Assembly: GCF_000024325.1 (NCBI RefSeq)
Contig: NC_013223.1
Span: 2,795,353 to 2,819,352, forward strand
Origin: Desulfohalobium retbaense DSM 5692
GTDB taxonomy: Bacteria; Desulfobacterota; Desulfovibrionia; Desulfovibrionales; Desulfohalobiaceae
Length of the DNA: 24,000 bases
Direction: 5' to 3'
Shown here: positions 1 to 7,612 of the stretch, piece by piece
Numbering within the stretch: the stretch's first letter is position 1
Layout of the letters: every line of letters starts with the position of its first letter
The notes under the pieces: model-generated
Told to the model about the DNA's origin: nothing
Seen by the model: the letters and a program-made list of their open reading frames with translations, nothing else
Databases searched by the model: none
Position numbers and translations under genes: made by a program

Positions 1-1370
1 CCAATGATGCCAAAGAGCAAGGGGTTGATCTTGAATTCTTCGCCCCAGAACTTGAAGCGGAAGTTGGTCAGCCCGGTGCTCACAGGTTCAATGGAGCCCA
101 TTTGTGCGGCGCGGCCCTCTTCTTTGGCCTTGCGGACTTCTTCATTGAACTTCTGGGTCATGGCCTTGATGTTTTTCCGCTTTTCCATGACCTTCGGAGT
201 CAATTCATACAAGGTCCGGGCGCCCATGAGGACCACGAGCACGGCCAGCCATTCCTTGTACGAGGCCAGCGGCAGGAATTCGGTGACATATTTCCCGAGC
301 CAGATAGAACCGATCAAAATCCCCACGCCAAAAGAGAGGCCGACCGGCCAGGCCACGCGGCGTTCCTTGATCGCATAGCGGTAAAACGACCCCAGGGGCG
401 AGAACAGGGTCAAGGCGACGTTGGAAGGCCGCAGGACGTTGGCCGCGTTGATCCCCACCGGCCCCATGGTATTGACAACCATGACCTGGTAGGCGGCCAT
501 GAGCATGCCGCCGGCGGCCCCGATCAGCGAAAAGAAGGCCCCGACAAGAATCGCGCCCAGAATGATCCACAAGGGGTTCATGTACCGGCCGCCCAGGGAG
601 AGCCAGAATCCTTTGCCTTCCAGGGTATAGGAGCCGATTTCCTTGCCGTTGACAAAGACGTCGAAATTCGTGTCCGGCGGGGAGTGACGGAAGGTCTTGA
701 AGCTGGCGGTGAATTCACCAGTGGCCTTGTCCAGCTCAATGGAGGTCCCTTCGTCCCAGTAATTGCCGGTTTGTTCATAGTCGCCCAGGACAGAACGGGC
801 GAAAATGGTGACCTTTCCGATCTGGGTGCGCTCTTTGGTCACCGTATTGATTCCGTAAGAGGTCTCGTGGGTATAGCGGTAGAAATCCCACTCCTGCTGG
901 GTATCGATCGGGCCGAGGTATTGCTTGAGCTCAGTGTTGAGCTGGTCATAATCACCAAGCCTGAACATGGTCGTTTCATAGATCCCCTTGGCAAAGGAAG
1001 GGCCGCCGAAACGTTTCTTGGTGATATTCCCCAATTCTTCGGGCTTGTTGGTCAGGACATAATACAGAACCGGCACCTCGGTATCCATTTCAAAGGCGTT
1101 GTCCTGAACATCACGGGCAAAAGACTTCTTCTCATTGACCCCGTCCGTGTCTTGCGGCGCGAACTTGTCCTGGGAGGCCACAGTAACAAAAAGGTCCTTT
1201 CCCGGCTGGATCTTGCCCTTAATGGTCACGGTCTCTCCAACCTGGAGATCCTTGGACTCAAGGCTGGCTTGTACCCCGTTTTGGGCCCAGAGCGGGCCGC
1301 AGAGAAACAGGGACAAGGCGAGTACCGCCGCAGCGGTCATGGCACGTGCAAACTGTCTGTGCATGGTCAT
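1..1370 (-). CDS. Membrane permease, TSUP (TauE/SafE, DUF81)-like, with signal peptide and a ~270-aa periplasmic N-terminal domain. Partial: the 3' end runs off the window.
   Basis: It is absent from the ORF track because it has no stop inside the window. Hand translation of the reverse strand from ATG 1370 (GAAGGAGAGG directly upstream; second ATG at 1364) is open down to position 3. It reads MTMHRQFARAMTAAAVLALSLFLCGPLWAQ..., then TM helices containing LIGAAGGMLMAAYQ, a charged central loop (KRKNIKAMTQKFNEEVRKAKEEGR) and a second TM bundle. This matches the 4+4 TM layout of TSUP permeases. The + strand ORF 102..1496 is its low-complexity shadow. Confidence 0.7.
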   Translation of the reverse strand, partial: MTMHRQFARAMTAAAVLALSLFLCGPLWAQNGVQASLESKDLQVGETVTIKGKIQPGKDLFVTVASQDKFAPQDTDGVNEKKSFARDVQDNAFEMDTEVPVLYYVLTNKPEELGNITKKRFGGPSFAKGIYETTMFRLGDYDQLNTELKQYLGPIDTQQEWDFYRYTHETSYGINTVTKERTQIGKVTIFARSVLGDYEQTGNYWDEGTSIELDKATGEFTASFKTFRHSPPDTNFDVFVNGKEIGSYTLEGKGFWLSLGGRYMNPLWIILGAILVGAFFSLIGAAGGMLMAAYQVMVVNTMGPVGINAANVLRPSNVALTLFSPLGSFYRYAIKERRVAWPVGLSFGVGILIGSIWLGKYVTEFLPLASYKEWLAVLVVLMGARTLYELTPKVMEKRKNIKAMTQKFNEEVRKAKEEGRAAQMGSIEPVSTGLTNFRFKFWGEEFKINPLLFGII

Positions 1371-2218
1371 CCTCTCCTTCACTCTCATCAGATGATGTTC
1401 AACTTCCGGCCCAGTGGCCGCTTGGTGGTACCCCGGGACTGGAAGTACCTCGTTCCCACACGACACCGATACCTGTCGGTGTTTAGCCTCCCCTAAGCAA
1501 AACATGTTCCAAAACATAAAAATGAATTATTTCAAAAAACTAAAAAGAAAAGGATTTCGGAGTTGTCCCAAAAGGGACAAGGATTCCGAAGAGGGTCTGT
1601 CCCATATGGCACAAGACGACCCCGCTCTGGCCCATATGGAACACACCGCTGCCCCCCCCTCTTTTCAGTCAGCCTTTTTCCCGGCGACATAATGAGGCTG
1701 GTTTCGTGGCCCCTCGTTACCACTCGCCCAGACGACCAGCTCTCCGACTCTTTTGGCGCGCTTTTGCAAAATTCTGAAAAGACACCAATCTGAGGAGACG
1801 ATCAACAATCTGTCACTGTAGAAACCAGAGGTCGCAAGGGGTGAACGTCCTTCTTCCGACTGGCCTTATGAGCACCCCCCAAGCCAAAAGCACGGCACGG
1901 CGAAAAAGTGCTGAACGGATCGACTTCATAAAGGATAAAGAATAACGGCGAAGGGTATTTTGCGGCCCGCTGCAGAGGCGGTCTGCGCCTCAGGGCTGGC
2001 ATTGACAGGATGCGGGTGTGGGGGCAGGTTATTGCTTTTGCGAATCCCGCTGACTGTTGGAAAATTCTGTACCCCGCATCCCGTTCAAAAAATCTCGCAA
2101 GCATGGCGCAACGCATTCAGAGCCGCAGTGTATCGAGTAGACACACCCGTGCGAAGTCCTTGTCGCCTTGTGCCCCTTGAGATTCCCGATGGGCTGCTAA
2201 CGTGAAAGGATTGAGGTC

Positions 2219-3580
2219 ATGACCGCCGTATTGAATACATTTGTCTCTCTTGTCCTCATTCTGGGCAGTGTGTCCGTCTTTCCCTCACTTTCGATGGCCG
2301 CGACCGATGCGGCGTTGACGCTGGGACAGGCCGTGCAAACCGCTCTAGAGGACAACCACCGCCTGGAGGCCGCCGGAGCCCGGGTCCGCGGCGCTCAGGC
2401 CGGGGTCAAGGCAAAACGCGGCTCTTTGGGTCCCTCAGCGAAGGTCGATTACGGCTATACCCGACTTGATGAGGAACCGACCGCCTTTGGAATCCAGTCT
2501 GGGGAGCAGAACCAGTGGGACGCCCACTTGAATGTCAGTCAGCCCCTTTTCACCGGCCTGTGGCTGTTAAGCGGCTACCAGAAAGCGCAACTCGAGTCGG
2601 ACCGAGCCCGACTCGAACTCCAGGACCTCAGGCTTACTGTCGCCCTACAGGTCCAAACCGCCTTTCTGGACCTGATCAAGGCCCGGGAAAATGTGACCAT
2701 TGCCCAGGATGCGCTGAGACAACTCCGGGCCCAACGCGATGTGGCCCAATCCTTTTACGAGGTGGGCGTCAAACCCAAACTCGACGTCCTTCAGGCTGAA
2801 GTGGATGTGGCCGGCGCCGAACAGGACCTGCTGGCGGCTCAAAACAGAGTACAGACCCAGAAGGCCCGCCTGAACACCCTTCTCGGCCGTCCAGCTCAAA
2901 GCGAGGTCACCTATACCGGCAGCCTGGATTTTACCCCCTTTCCCCTGCCCTTGAAGACCTGCATGGCCATCGCCAAAAAACACCGCCCCGACCTCGCTCT
3001 GGCCCAGAAAAGCGTTCAAATCGGGGAGAAAGCCGTGCGAGAAATCGCCAGTGCCAGGTACCCTCAGATCAGTGCCAATTACGATTATTACCGAGCCGGG
3101 GACACCCCGGCCGTTGACGGCAACGAATATCAGGACCCGAGCGAGTGGCGGCTTTCCGCCCGCATGCAATGGGAAATCTTCAACTCTGGAAACACAACGT
3201 ATCAAATTGCCCAGGCCCGGGAACAGGTCCAGGGATTGCAAGCAGAAGCGCGCAATGCGGATACAGAAGCACAATACGAAGTCAAAGCCGCATTCCTTCG
3301 TCTGGAGCAGGCCCAAAAACAGATCCGTGTCGCTCGCAAGGCGATCCAGGAGGCTGAAGAGGGGTACCGTATTGCTCAGGAACGGTATGCCAACCAGGTC
3401 GGCACCAATACCGACGTCCTCAACGCCCAGGCCAGACTGACGCAAAGCCGAGGCCGTTTGACGACCGCGATGGCCGACTATCAACAGGCCATGGCCCAGC
3501 TTTTTAACGCCATGGGGCTTTTGCGCCCGGCATTGACGACCACGGGATTGCCCCTGAACACCTCCTCATCTTCGACATGA
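2219..3580 (+). CDS. TolC-family outer-membrane efflux protein (OMF)
   Basis: 453-aa ORF with a signal peptide (…VFPSLSMAATD). It has the typical OMF opening LTLGQAVQTALEDNHRLEAA and two coiled-coil/beta repeats with LDLxxAxxN, LDVLQAE and VLNAQARL motifs. AAGGA/GAGG lies upstream of the ATG. Confidence 0.88.
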   Translation: MTAVLNTFVSLVLILGSVSVFPSLSMAATDAALTLGQAVQTALEDNHRLEAAGARVRGAQAGVKAKRGSLGPSAKVDYGYTRLDEEPTAFGIQSGEQNQWDAHLNVSQPLFTGLWLLSGYQKAQLESDRARLELQDLRLTVALQVQTAFLDLIKARENVTIAQDALRQLRAQRDVAQSFYEVGVKPKLDVLQAEVDVAGAEQDLLAAQNRVQTQKARLNTLLGRPAQSEVTYTGSLDFTPFPLPLKTCMAIAKKHRPDLALAQKSVQIGEKAVREIASARYPQISANYDYYRAGDTPAVDGNEYQDPSEWRLSARMQWEIFNSGNTTYQIAQAREQVQGLQAEARNADTEAQYEVKAAFLRLEQAQKQIRVARKAIQEAEEGYRIAQERYANQVGTNTDVLNAQARLTQSRGRLTTAMADYQQAMAQLFNAMGLLRPALTTTGLPLNTSSSST

Positions 3581-3653
3581 TGCTCCCCGATCTCCTCCTG
3601 CCCCGACCACCAACGCGGACAGGGGAGAGACTTTCAATCTGCTAAGGAGAGGC

Positions 3654-5606
3654 ATGCAACGCAATCTGAACAAGCGCTTCTTTCAACCAGCGATGATCGT
3701 CCTGATCTATGTGCTTGTCGCCGGAGTCTGGATCGTCTTTTCTGATTCCATTGTCGCCCAATTAGCGCCATCAAGCCATTGGCGCACGACCCTCCAAAGC
3801 CTGAAAGGCCTTTTCTTTGTCGCCGGTACCGGCATTTTGCTCTACGTCCTGATCCGGGGATATGCGGAAAGTCTGCGCCAAAAAGAGCGGCACAACCGTC
3901 TCACCCAGCGCGCAGCCAAAGCCTGCAGTTGGGACTGGGATATCGAAGCAGACCGTTTCACCTGGGCCGGCGACGTCTCCAGTTTTCTAACCGAAGGGGA
4001 CGGCACCTCCCCTTTGCCCCGGACCTATCAAGATGTGCTCCGGCACATTCATCCCGAAGACATTCCGAACTTTGAACGAGCGGTCCAGGAAAGCTTGCTG
4101 CGCGACCAGGAACTCCACTTGGAATTTCGCTGGCAACGGGGCGCCAATACGCGGTGGTTTTTTGCCGTGGGCGAGGTGGAACGCGACCTCACGACGAACA
4201 AGCCCCAGCACTTGCGCGGCATCATCCGCGATATCACCCAACGCAAACAGGCAGAGCAAGAACTCGCCTATAAAAGCGAATGGGACGGTCTCACCGGCCT
4301 GCTCAACCGTTCCTTCTTTCTCAAGCGCCTGGAACAGCTTTTCCAAACCCAGCGCCGCCTGGGGCACTGCTCCTTTGCCGTCCTGCTTTTGGACATCGAC
4401 CGCTTCAGCCGAATCAACGACAGCCTCGGACACTGGGTGGGCGACGCTGTATTGCAGGAAGCCAGCCGCCGATTGGCCAACTTTCTCTCTCCAGCGGATT
4501 CCCTGGCCCGGCTGAGTGCCGATGAATTCGGCATCCTGCTCCAGGCCAGCAACGACCAGGACCAGGTCCTGAGAAGCGCCCACCATATTCTCGAGGTCCT
4601 GAAAACCCCGATGCACCTCTCTCCGCATGACATCAATATCACGGCCAGTATAGGGGTGGTGACCTGTTTCGACGCCAATCCTTACAACAATCCGGAATAT
4701 ATTCTGCGCGATGCCGCCACAGCGATGCGCCAGGCCAAACTCCAGGGCGGCGACCAGATCGCCGCGTTCAAAAAAGCCCTGCACACCCAAGCTTTTGAAG
4801 CCCTGTCCCTGGAGAATCAGCTTCGAAAAAACCTCCGAGACCCGGCTCAACAGGAACTCTTTCTGGCCTTCCAGCCCATCGTCGACCTGGGCAGCGGTGA
4901 GATTGCGGGATTCGAGGCCTTGATCCGCTGGAGGCTGGCCGACGGAACGGTCATTCCGCCCAATCGCTTTATTCCCGTGGCTGAACAAAGCGGATTGATC
5001 CAGCCGCTTGGCAAATGGGTCCTGGATTCGGCCTGTGCGGCACTGGCCGCATTGCGGGCGAATGACCCCAATGCAGTTGACCACATGCATGTCAACGTCA
5101 ATGTGTCCGCCCGCCAATTGGAACAGCACGATTTTGTTCGCGAAATCAATGAACTGCTCCTGATTCACAACCTGCCTGCCCAGACCCTGCGTTTGGAACT
5201 CACTGAGACCGTGCTCATGGAGAACGCCGCCCAGGTCCAGAATTTCCTCGGCCAACTCCAGGAGATCGGCATCGGAGTGGCGGTGGATGACTTCGGAACC
5301 GGATATTCCTCGTTGAGCTATCTGCACCGTTTTTCGATCAACACCTTGAAAATCGATTTGAGTTTTGTCCAAAGCGTTTTGACCAACGAGCACAGCAAAG
5401 CCATCACCCAGGCCATTATTGATATGGCCCAATCCTTGAACAAAACTGTTGTCGCTGAGGGCATTGAAACGCAGGAACAGGCCGCCCTGATAGCAGCGAT
5501 GGGATGCCGGTACGCGCAGGGATTTCTCTTCAGTTACCCCCTTGAGAAGGAAGCGCTTCCGCAATTGCTCGACCAACAGCCCCTTGTGCCGACCCCTCGG
5601 GAATAA
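3654..5606 (+). CDS. Membrane-anchored PAS-GGDEF-EAL c-di-GMP turnover protein; GGDEF degenerate (SADEF), EAL motifs intact
   Basis: 650 aa with two N-terminal TM helices and a PAS-like region (WDWDIEADRFTWAG…). The GGDEF domain reads LLDIDRFSRINDSLGH … RLSADEFGILL (SADEF at 4515..4529). The EAL domain carries EALIRW (4914..4922), NVNVS, ELTE, DDFGTGYSSLSYL, KIDLSF, EGIET and AQGF. RBS AAGGAGAGG. Confidence 0.92.
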   Translation: MQRNLNKRFFQPAMIVLIYVLVAGVWIVFSDSIVAQLAPSSHWRTTLQSLKGLFFVAGTGILLYVLIRGYAESLRQKERHNRLTQRAAKACSWDWDIEADRFTWAGDVSSFLTEGDGTSPLPRTYQDVLRHIHPEDIPNFERAVQESLLRDQELHLEFRWQRGANTRWFFAVGEVERDLTTNKPQHLRGIIRDITQRKQAEQELAYKSEWDGLTGLLNRSFFLKRLEQLFQTQRRLGHCSFAVLLLDIDRFSRINDSLGHWVGDAVLQEASRRLANFLSPADSLARLSADEFGILLQASNDQDQVLRSAHHILEVLKTPMHLSPHDINITASIGVVTCFDANPYNNPEYILRDAATAMRQAKLQGGDQIAAFKKALHTQAFEALSLENQLRKNLRDPAQQELFLAFQPIVDLGSGEIAGFEALIRWRLADGTVIPPNRFIPVAEQSGLIQPLGKWVLDSACAALAALRANDPNAVDHMHVNVNVSARQLEQHDFVREINELLLIHNLPAQTLRLELTETVLMENAAQVQNFLGQLQEIGIGVAVDDFGTGYSSLSYLHRFSINTLKIDLSFVQSVLTNEHSKAITQAIIDMAQSLNKTVVAEGIETQEQAALIAAMGCRYAQGFLFSYPLEKEALPQLLDQQPLVPTPRE

Positions 5607-5632
5607 CACCATGCATCGCAGAGGAGGCTTTT

Positions 5633-6550
5633 TTGGTCACTGATATCGTCTGGGCGGTGGTCCAGATATTTTGCGTCTTTGGCCTTGGCTGGCTGGCTAG
5701 GCATCTCAATTACCTTCAAGGCATGGATATCGGGCGTTTCAGCCGGTTGGCCATCGATTTCCTGATGCCCTGCCTTGTTTTTTCGGCCACCACCGAACAT
5801 TTTGCCACCGAGCGCTTGCACGAACTCTGGCCCCTGCCGGTCATCGCTTTCGCCATCGTGGTCTTTGGGACCTGTGTGGGGGCTGGGGCACGGCTTTTGC
5901 TCAAAAAACGGACAGTGGCGCAACGCAGGACGGTCCACCACCTCTGCGCGGTGAACAACGCCGTTTTTCTCCCGGTGATTCTCGTAGAAAACCTGTGGGG
6001 AGACGCCGCGGTAGCCAATCTCTTTTTCTTCAGCCTCGGAGCGGCACTCGGGCTCTGGAGTATCGGCGTCGTCCTGCTCGGCGGCGGTTCCTGGCGCGAT
6101 GGCGTTCGCCATCTGCTCACACCGACCCACCTCGCCCTGCTCATGGCACTCACCCTGTGTCTTCTGGGAGCGACCGAAGCGATACCAACCATAGTGGCCC
6201 AGACCACCGCCTTTGTCGGTTCGGCCGCCATCCCGCTGGTCCTCTTTCTCGTGGGAGCCAGCCTCTATCCCCTGCCGGATTTCTCTCCCCGGCGGCTTGT
6301 CCTCTTGACCTCCTGCTTGCGCATCATTGGTATCCCGGTCTTGCTGACCCTCATCCTGCGTCAATTGCCCATCGTGGACGACGTCTACAATATGGCTGTC
6401 GTCAACGCCTTCATGCCAGCTGCGGCCATTTCGACCATCTTGACCCACCGCTTTGGTGGCGACCCCCAGCTTGCCGCCAGTACGGTCGTGGCCACCACCC
6501 TAGCCTCACTGATCACCGTGCCCCTCGGCCTAAGCTGGGCCCTGATCTGA
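5633..6550 (+). CDS. AEC (auxin efflux carrier) family transporter
   Basis: 305-aa polytopic membrane protein, about 10 TM. The N-terminal pattern (IFCVFGLGWLARHLNYL…GRFSRLAIDFLMPCLVF) and the C-terminal PAAISTILTHRFGGD are typical of AEC/malonate-type permeases. TTG start is preceded by GAGGAGG at 5 nt. Confidence 0.82.
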   Translation: MVTDIVWAVVQIFCVFGLGWLARHLNYLQGMDIGRFSRLAIDFLMPCLVFSATTEHFATERLHELWPLPVIAFAIVVFGTCVGAGARLLLKKRTVAQRRTVHHLCAVNNAVFLPVILVENLWGDAAVANLFFFSLGAALGLWSIGVVLLGGGSWRDGVRHLLTPTHLALLMALTLCLLGATEAIPTIVAQTTAFVGSAAIPLVLFLVGASLYPLPDFSPRRLVLLTSCLRIIGIPVLLTLILRQLPIVDDVYNMAVVNAFMPAAAISTILTHRFGGDPQLAASTVVATTLASLITVPLGLSWALI

Positions 6551-6684
6551 ACAAAAAAGTGGCCATCCAGCACACCTCTCTCTTGCCAGATCAACCCCTG
6601 CCACCAGATCCAGAAGCCCCCCTGCATTCGTAAAGGTCCTTTGCGCGCAACGCTGCCGGAGTTGGCAGGTGCTTGAAAAGCCCC

Positions 6685-6718
6685 CAATGGCAGCAAAACT
6701 GCGAGACGTTCAAACTCG
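6685..6718 (+). repeat. 34-nt repeat, copy 1, whose + strand reads as a sigma-54 -24/-12 core (TGGCAG-N5-CTGC)
   Basis: caatggcagcaaaactgcgagacgttcaaactcg matches 20747..20780 at 31/34 positions. GG is at 6689-6690 and GC at 6701-6702, exactly 10 nt apart. It sits ~550 nt upstream of the amyloid operon on the same strand. Confidence 0.5.
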
Positions 6719-6792
6719 GACCTACGAATACGCGCGCTAGGACCGCGAACTTTTGGCTCTTCGTCACAGGGCATGGAATTTCAGACGCAAAA

Positions 6793-7029
6793 GTTTGCCG
6801 TCTCTTCTGTGTGCTTCGAGCGAAAGGCCCACACATTTTCTTGGTCCCGCCAAAAGGGGGAAACCGGACCGCGAACTGAATGCTCCCAGGCGGATTCCGG
6901 TGCAACAAGGGCCATCTTCGACACCTAGAGTTCTGTTCCACTTGAGAGTCCGGAGGGGGCAAGGATCCCCCTTTGGCGGGATTGAGAAAATACCGGGCCG
7001 AAAGTGGGCACACAGAAGAGACGGCAAAC
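6793..7029. repeat. Long imperfect palindrome bounded by perfect 22-bp inverted repeats (MITE-like element or structured RNA/UAS)
   Basis: GTTTGCCGTCTCTTCTGTGTGC (6793..6814) is the exact reverse complement of 7008..7029. Inner arms also pair: cccgccaaaaggggga (6846..6861) with tccccctttggcggg (6966..6980), and accgga with tccggt. No credible ORF lies in this interval. Confidence 0.6.
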
Positions 7030-7241
7030 TCCAAAAATCCACTGGATCCGTCAAAGAACCGAACTTTTTTGCGCCGTCCCTTAGGATTTTTGAACAGTCA
7101 GTTGGGCCCACGGCCTCGCGACCATCCGTTAATTGCTGTAAAGACTGTCTTCCCCCCCATTTCCTTCGCTTTTTACGTTCCCTACGCTGAAAGCTTTACA
7201 TCCTGCCTAAATAAAGTCTTGCATTTCGGGTAATTATTTAT

Positions 7242-7257
7242 CGGCACGCCTCTTGCT
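7242..7257 (+). promoter_or_regulatory. Sigma-54 (RpoN) -24/-12 promoter for the amyloid operon
   Basis: cGGCACGcctcTTGCTt compared with the consensus TGGCACG-N4-TTGCW. GG is at 7243-7244 and GC at 7255-7256 with the exact 10-nt spacing. It lies directly upstream of the first ORF of the operon, and a sigma-54 activator is encoded in the same locus. Confidence 0.65.
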
Positions 7258-7269
7258 TGTATCTCTCGC

Positions 7270-7593
7270 ATGAAGACGCCATCTGCCGCCCTTGCCTCCC
7301 TTTTGTTCCTTCTTGCCAGCCTCAGTGGTCCAGGCCCGCTGAGCGCTGGACCACTTTGCCCTCAGGAGAAGACCTCCCAGTCGGCCACGGCATGGCAAAG
7401 TGTGCAGGATGACCAACTCTACGCGGTTTTTGGGCGGTTTTCTCCGGCGACCAGCACAGCCGCTATGCCGAATCCCCCAGGGGATATCATTTTGTGGGAC
7501 GAGGCCAAGGGAAGTTCCCGTGAAGCTGCCCACAGCTCCTCTTCGGGCACCAATATCAGTATCCAACGGACACAGACCCATTTCGACCATTAA
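7270..7593 (+). CDS. Hypothetical small secreted protein occupying the FapA position; coding status uncertain
   Basis: 107-aa ORF with a convincing Sec signal peptide (MKTPSAALASLLFLLASLSGPGPLSA|GP). Its stop lies 19 nt before the next gene. There is no Shine-Dalgarno, and the predicted sigma-54 transcription start (~7268) would make it leaderless. No recognisable family motif. Confidence 0.45.
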   Translation: MKTPSAALASLLFLLASLSGPGPLSAGPLCPQEKTSQSATAWQSVQDDQLYAVFGRFSPATSTAAMPNPPGDIILWDEAKGSSREAAHSSSSGTNISIQRTQTHFDH

Positions 7594-7612
7594 GACCACC
7601 ACGGGGACAGCC

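Noticed and set aside
102-1496. 464-aa + strand ORF (the longest listed ORF at the left edge)
   Set aside because: The protein is low-complexity and His/Gly/Arg/Pro/Asp-rich, with no motifs. The opposite strand in the same interval translates without stops into a coherent signal peptide, periplasmic domain and TSUP-like permease. This ORF is the antisense shadow of that gene.
1606-1650. TGGCAC and TGGAAC strings inside the CCATATGG sites as possible sigma-54 -24 boxes
   Set aside because: No GC dinucleotide lies at the required 10-nt distance: the first is followed by CC at that position and the second is off by one.
2645-3484. 279-aa minus-strand ORF inside the TolC gene; also 5534..6448 minus inside the AEC gene
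   Set aside because: These are shadow ORFs typical of high-GC DNA. The + strand products have signal peptides or TM helices and family signatures.
3987-5612. 541-aa minus-strand ORF
   Set aside because: Antisense shadow of the PAS-GGDEF-EAL gene, whose + strand product carries all family motifs. The minus-strand product has none.
6765-6791. CACAGGGCA … GACGCAAA, resembling the two conserved blocks of the c-di-GMP-I (GEMM-I) riboswitch, in a c-di-GMP-linked locus
   Set aside because: Only 10 nt (tggaatttca) separate the blocks, too short to form the required GNRA-capped hairpin. The downstream P2/tetraloop-receptor and GGGGUUACC-type elements are absent. It is probably chance similarity; a covariance-model scan would settle it.
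7400-7612. N-terminal 71-aa extension of the FapB-like ORF (track start 7400)
   Set aside because: The extension overlaps the 7270..7593 ORF in another frame, is Arg/Pro-rich and lacks an RBS. ATG 7613 directly precedes a proper signal peptide and follows the upstream stop by 19 nt.
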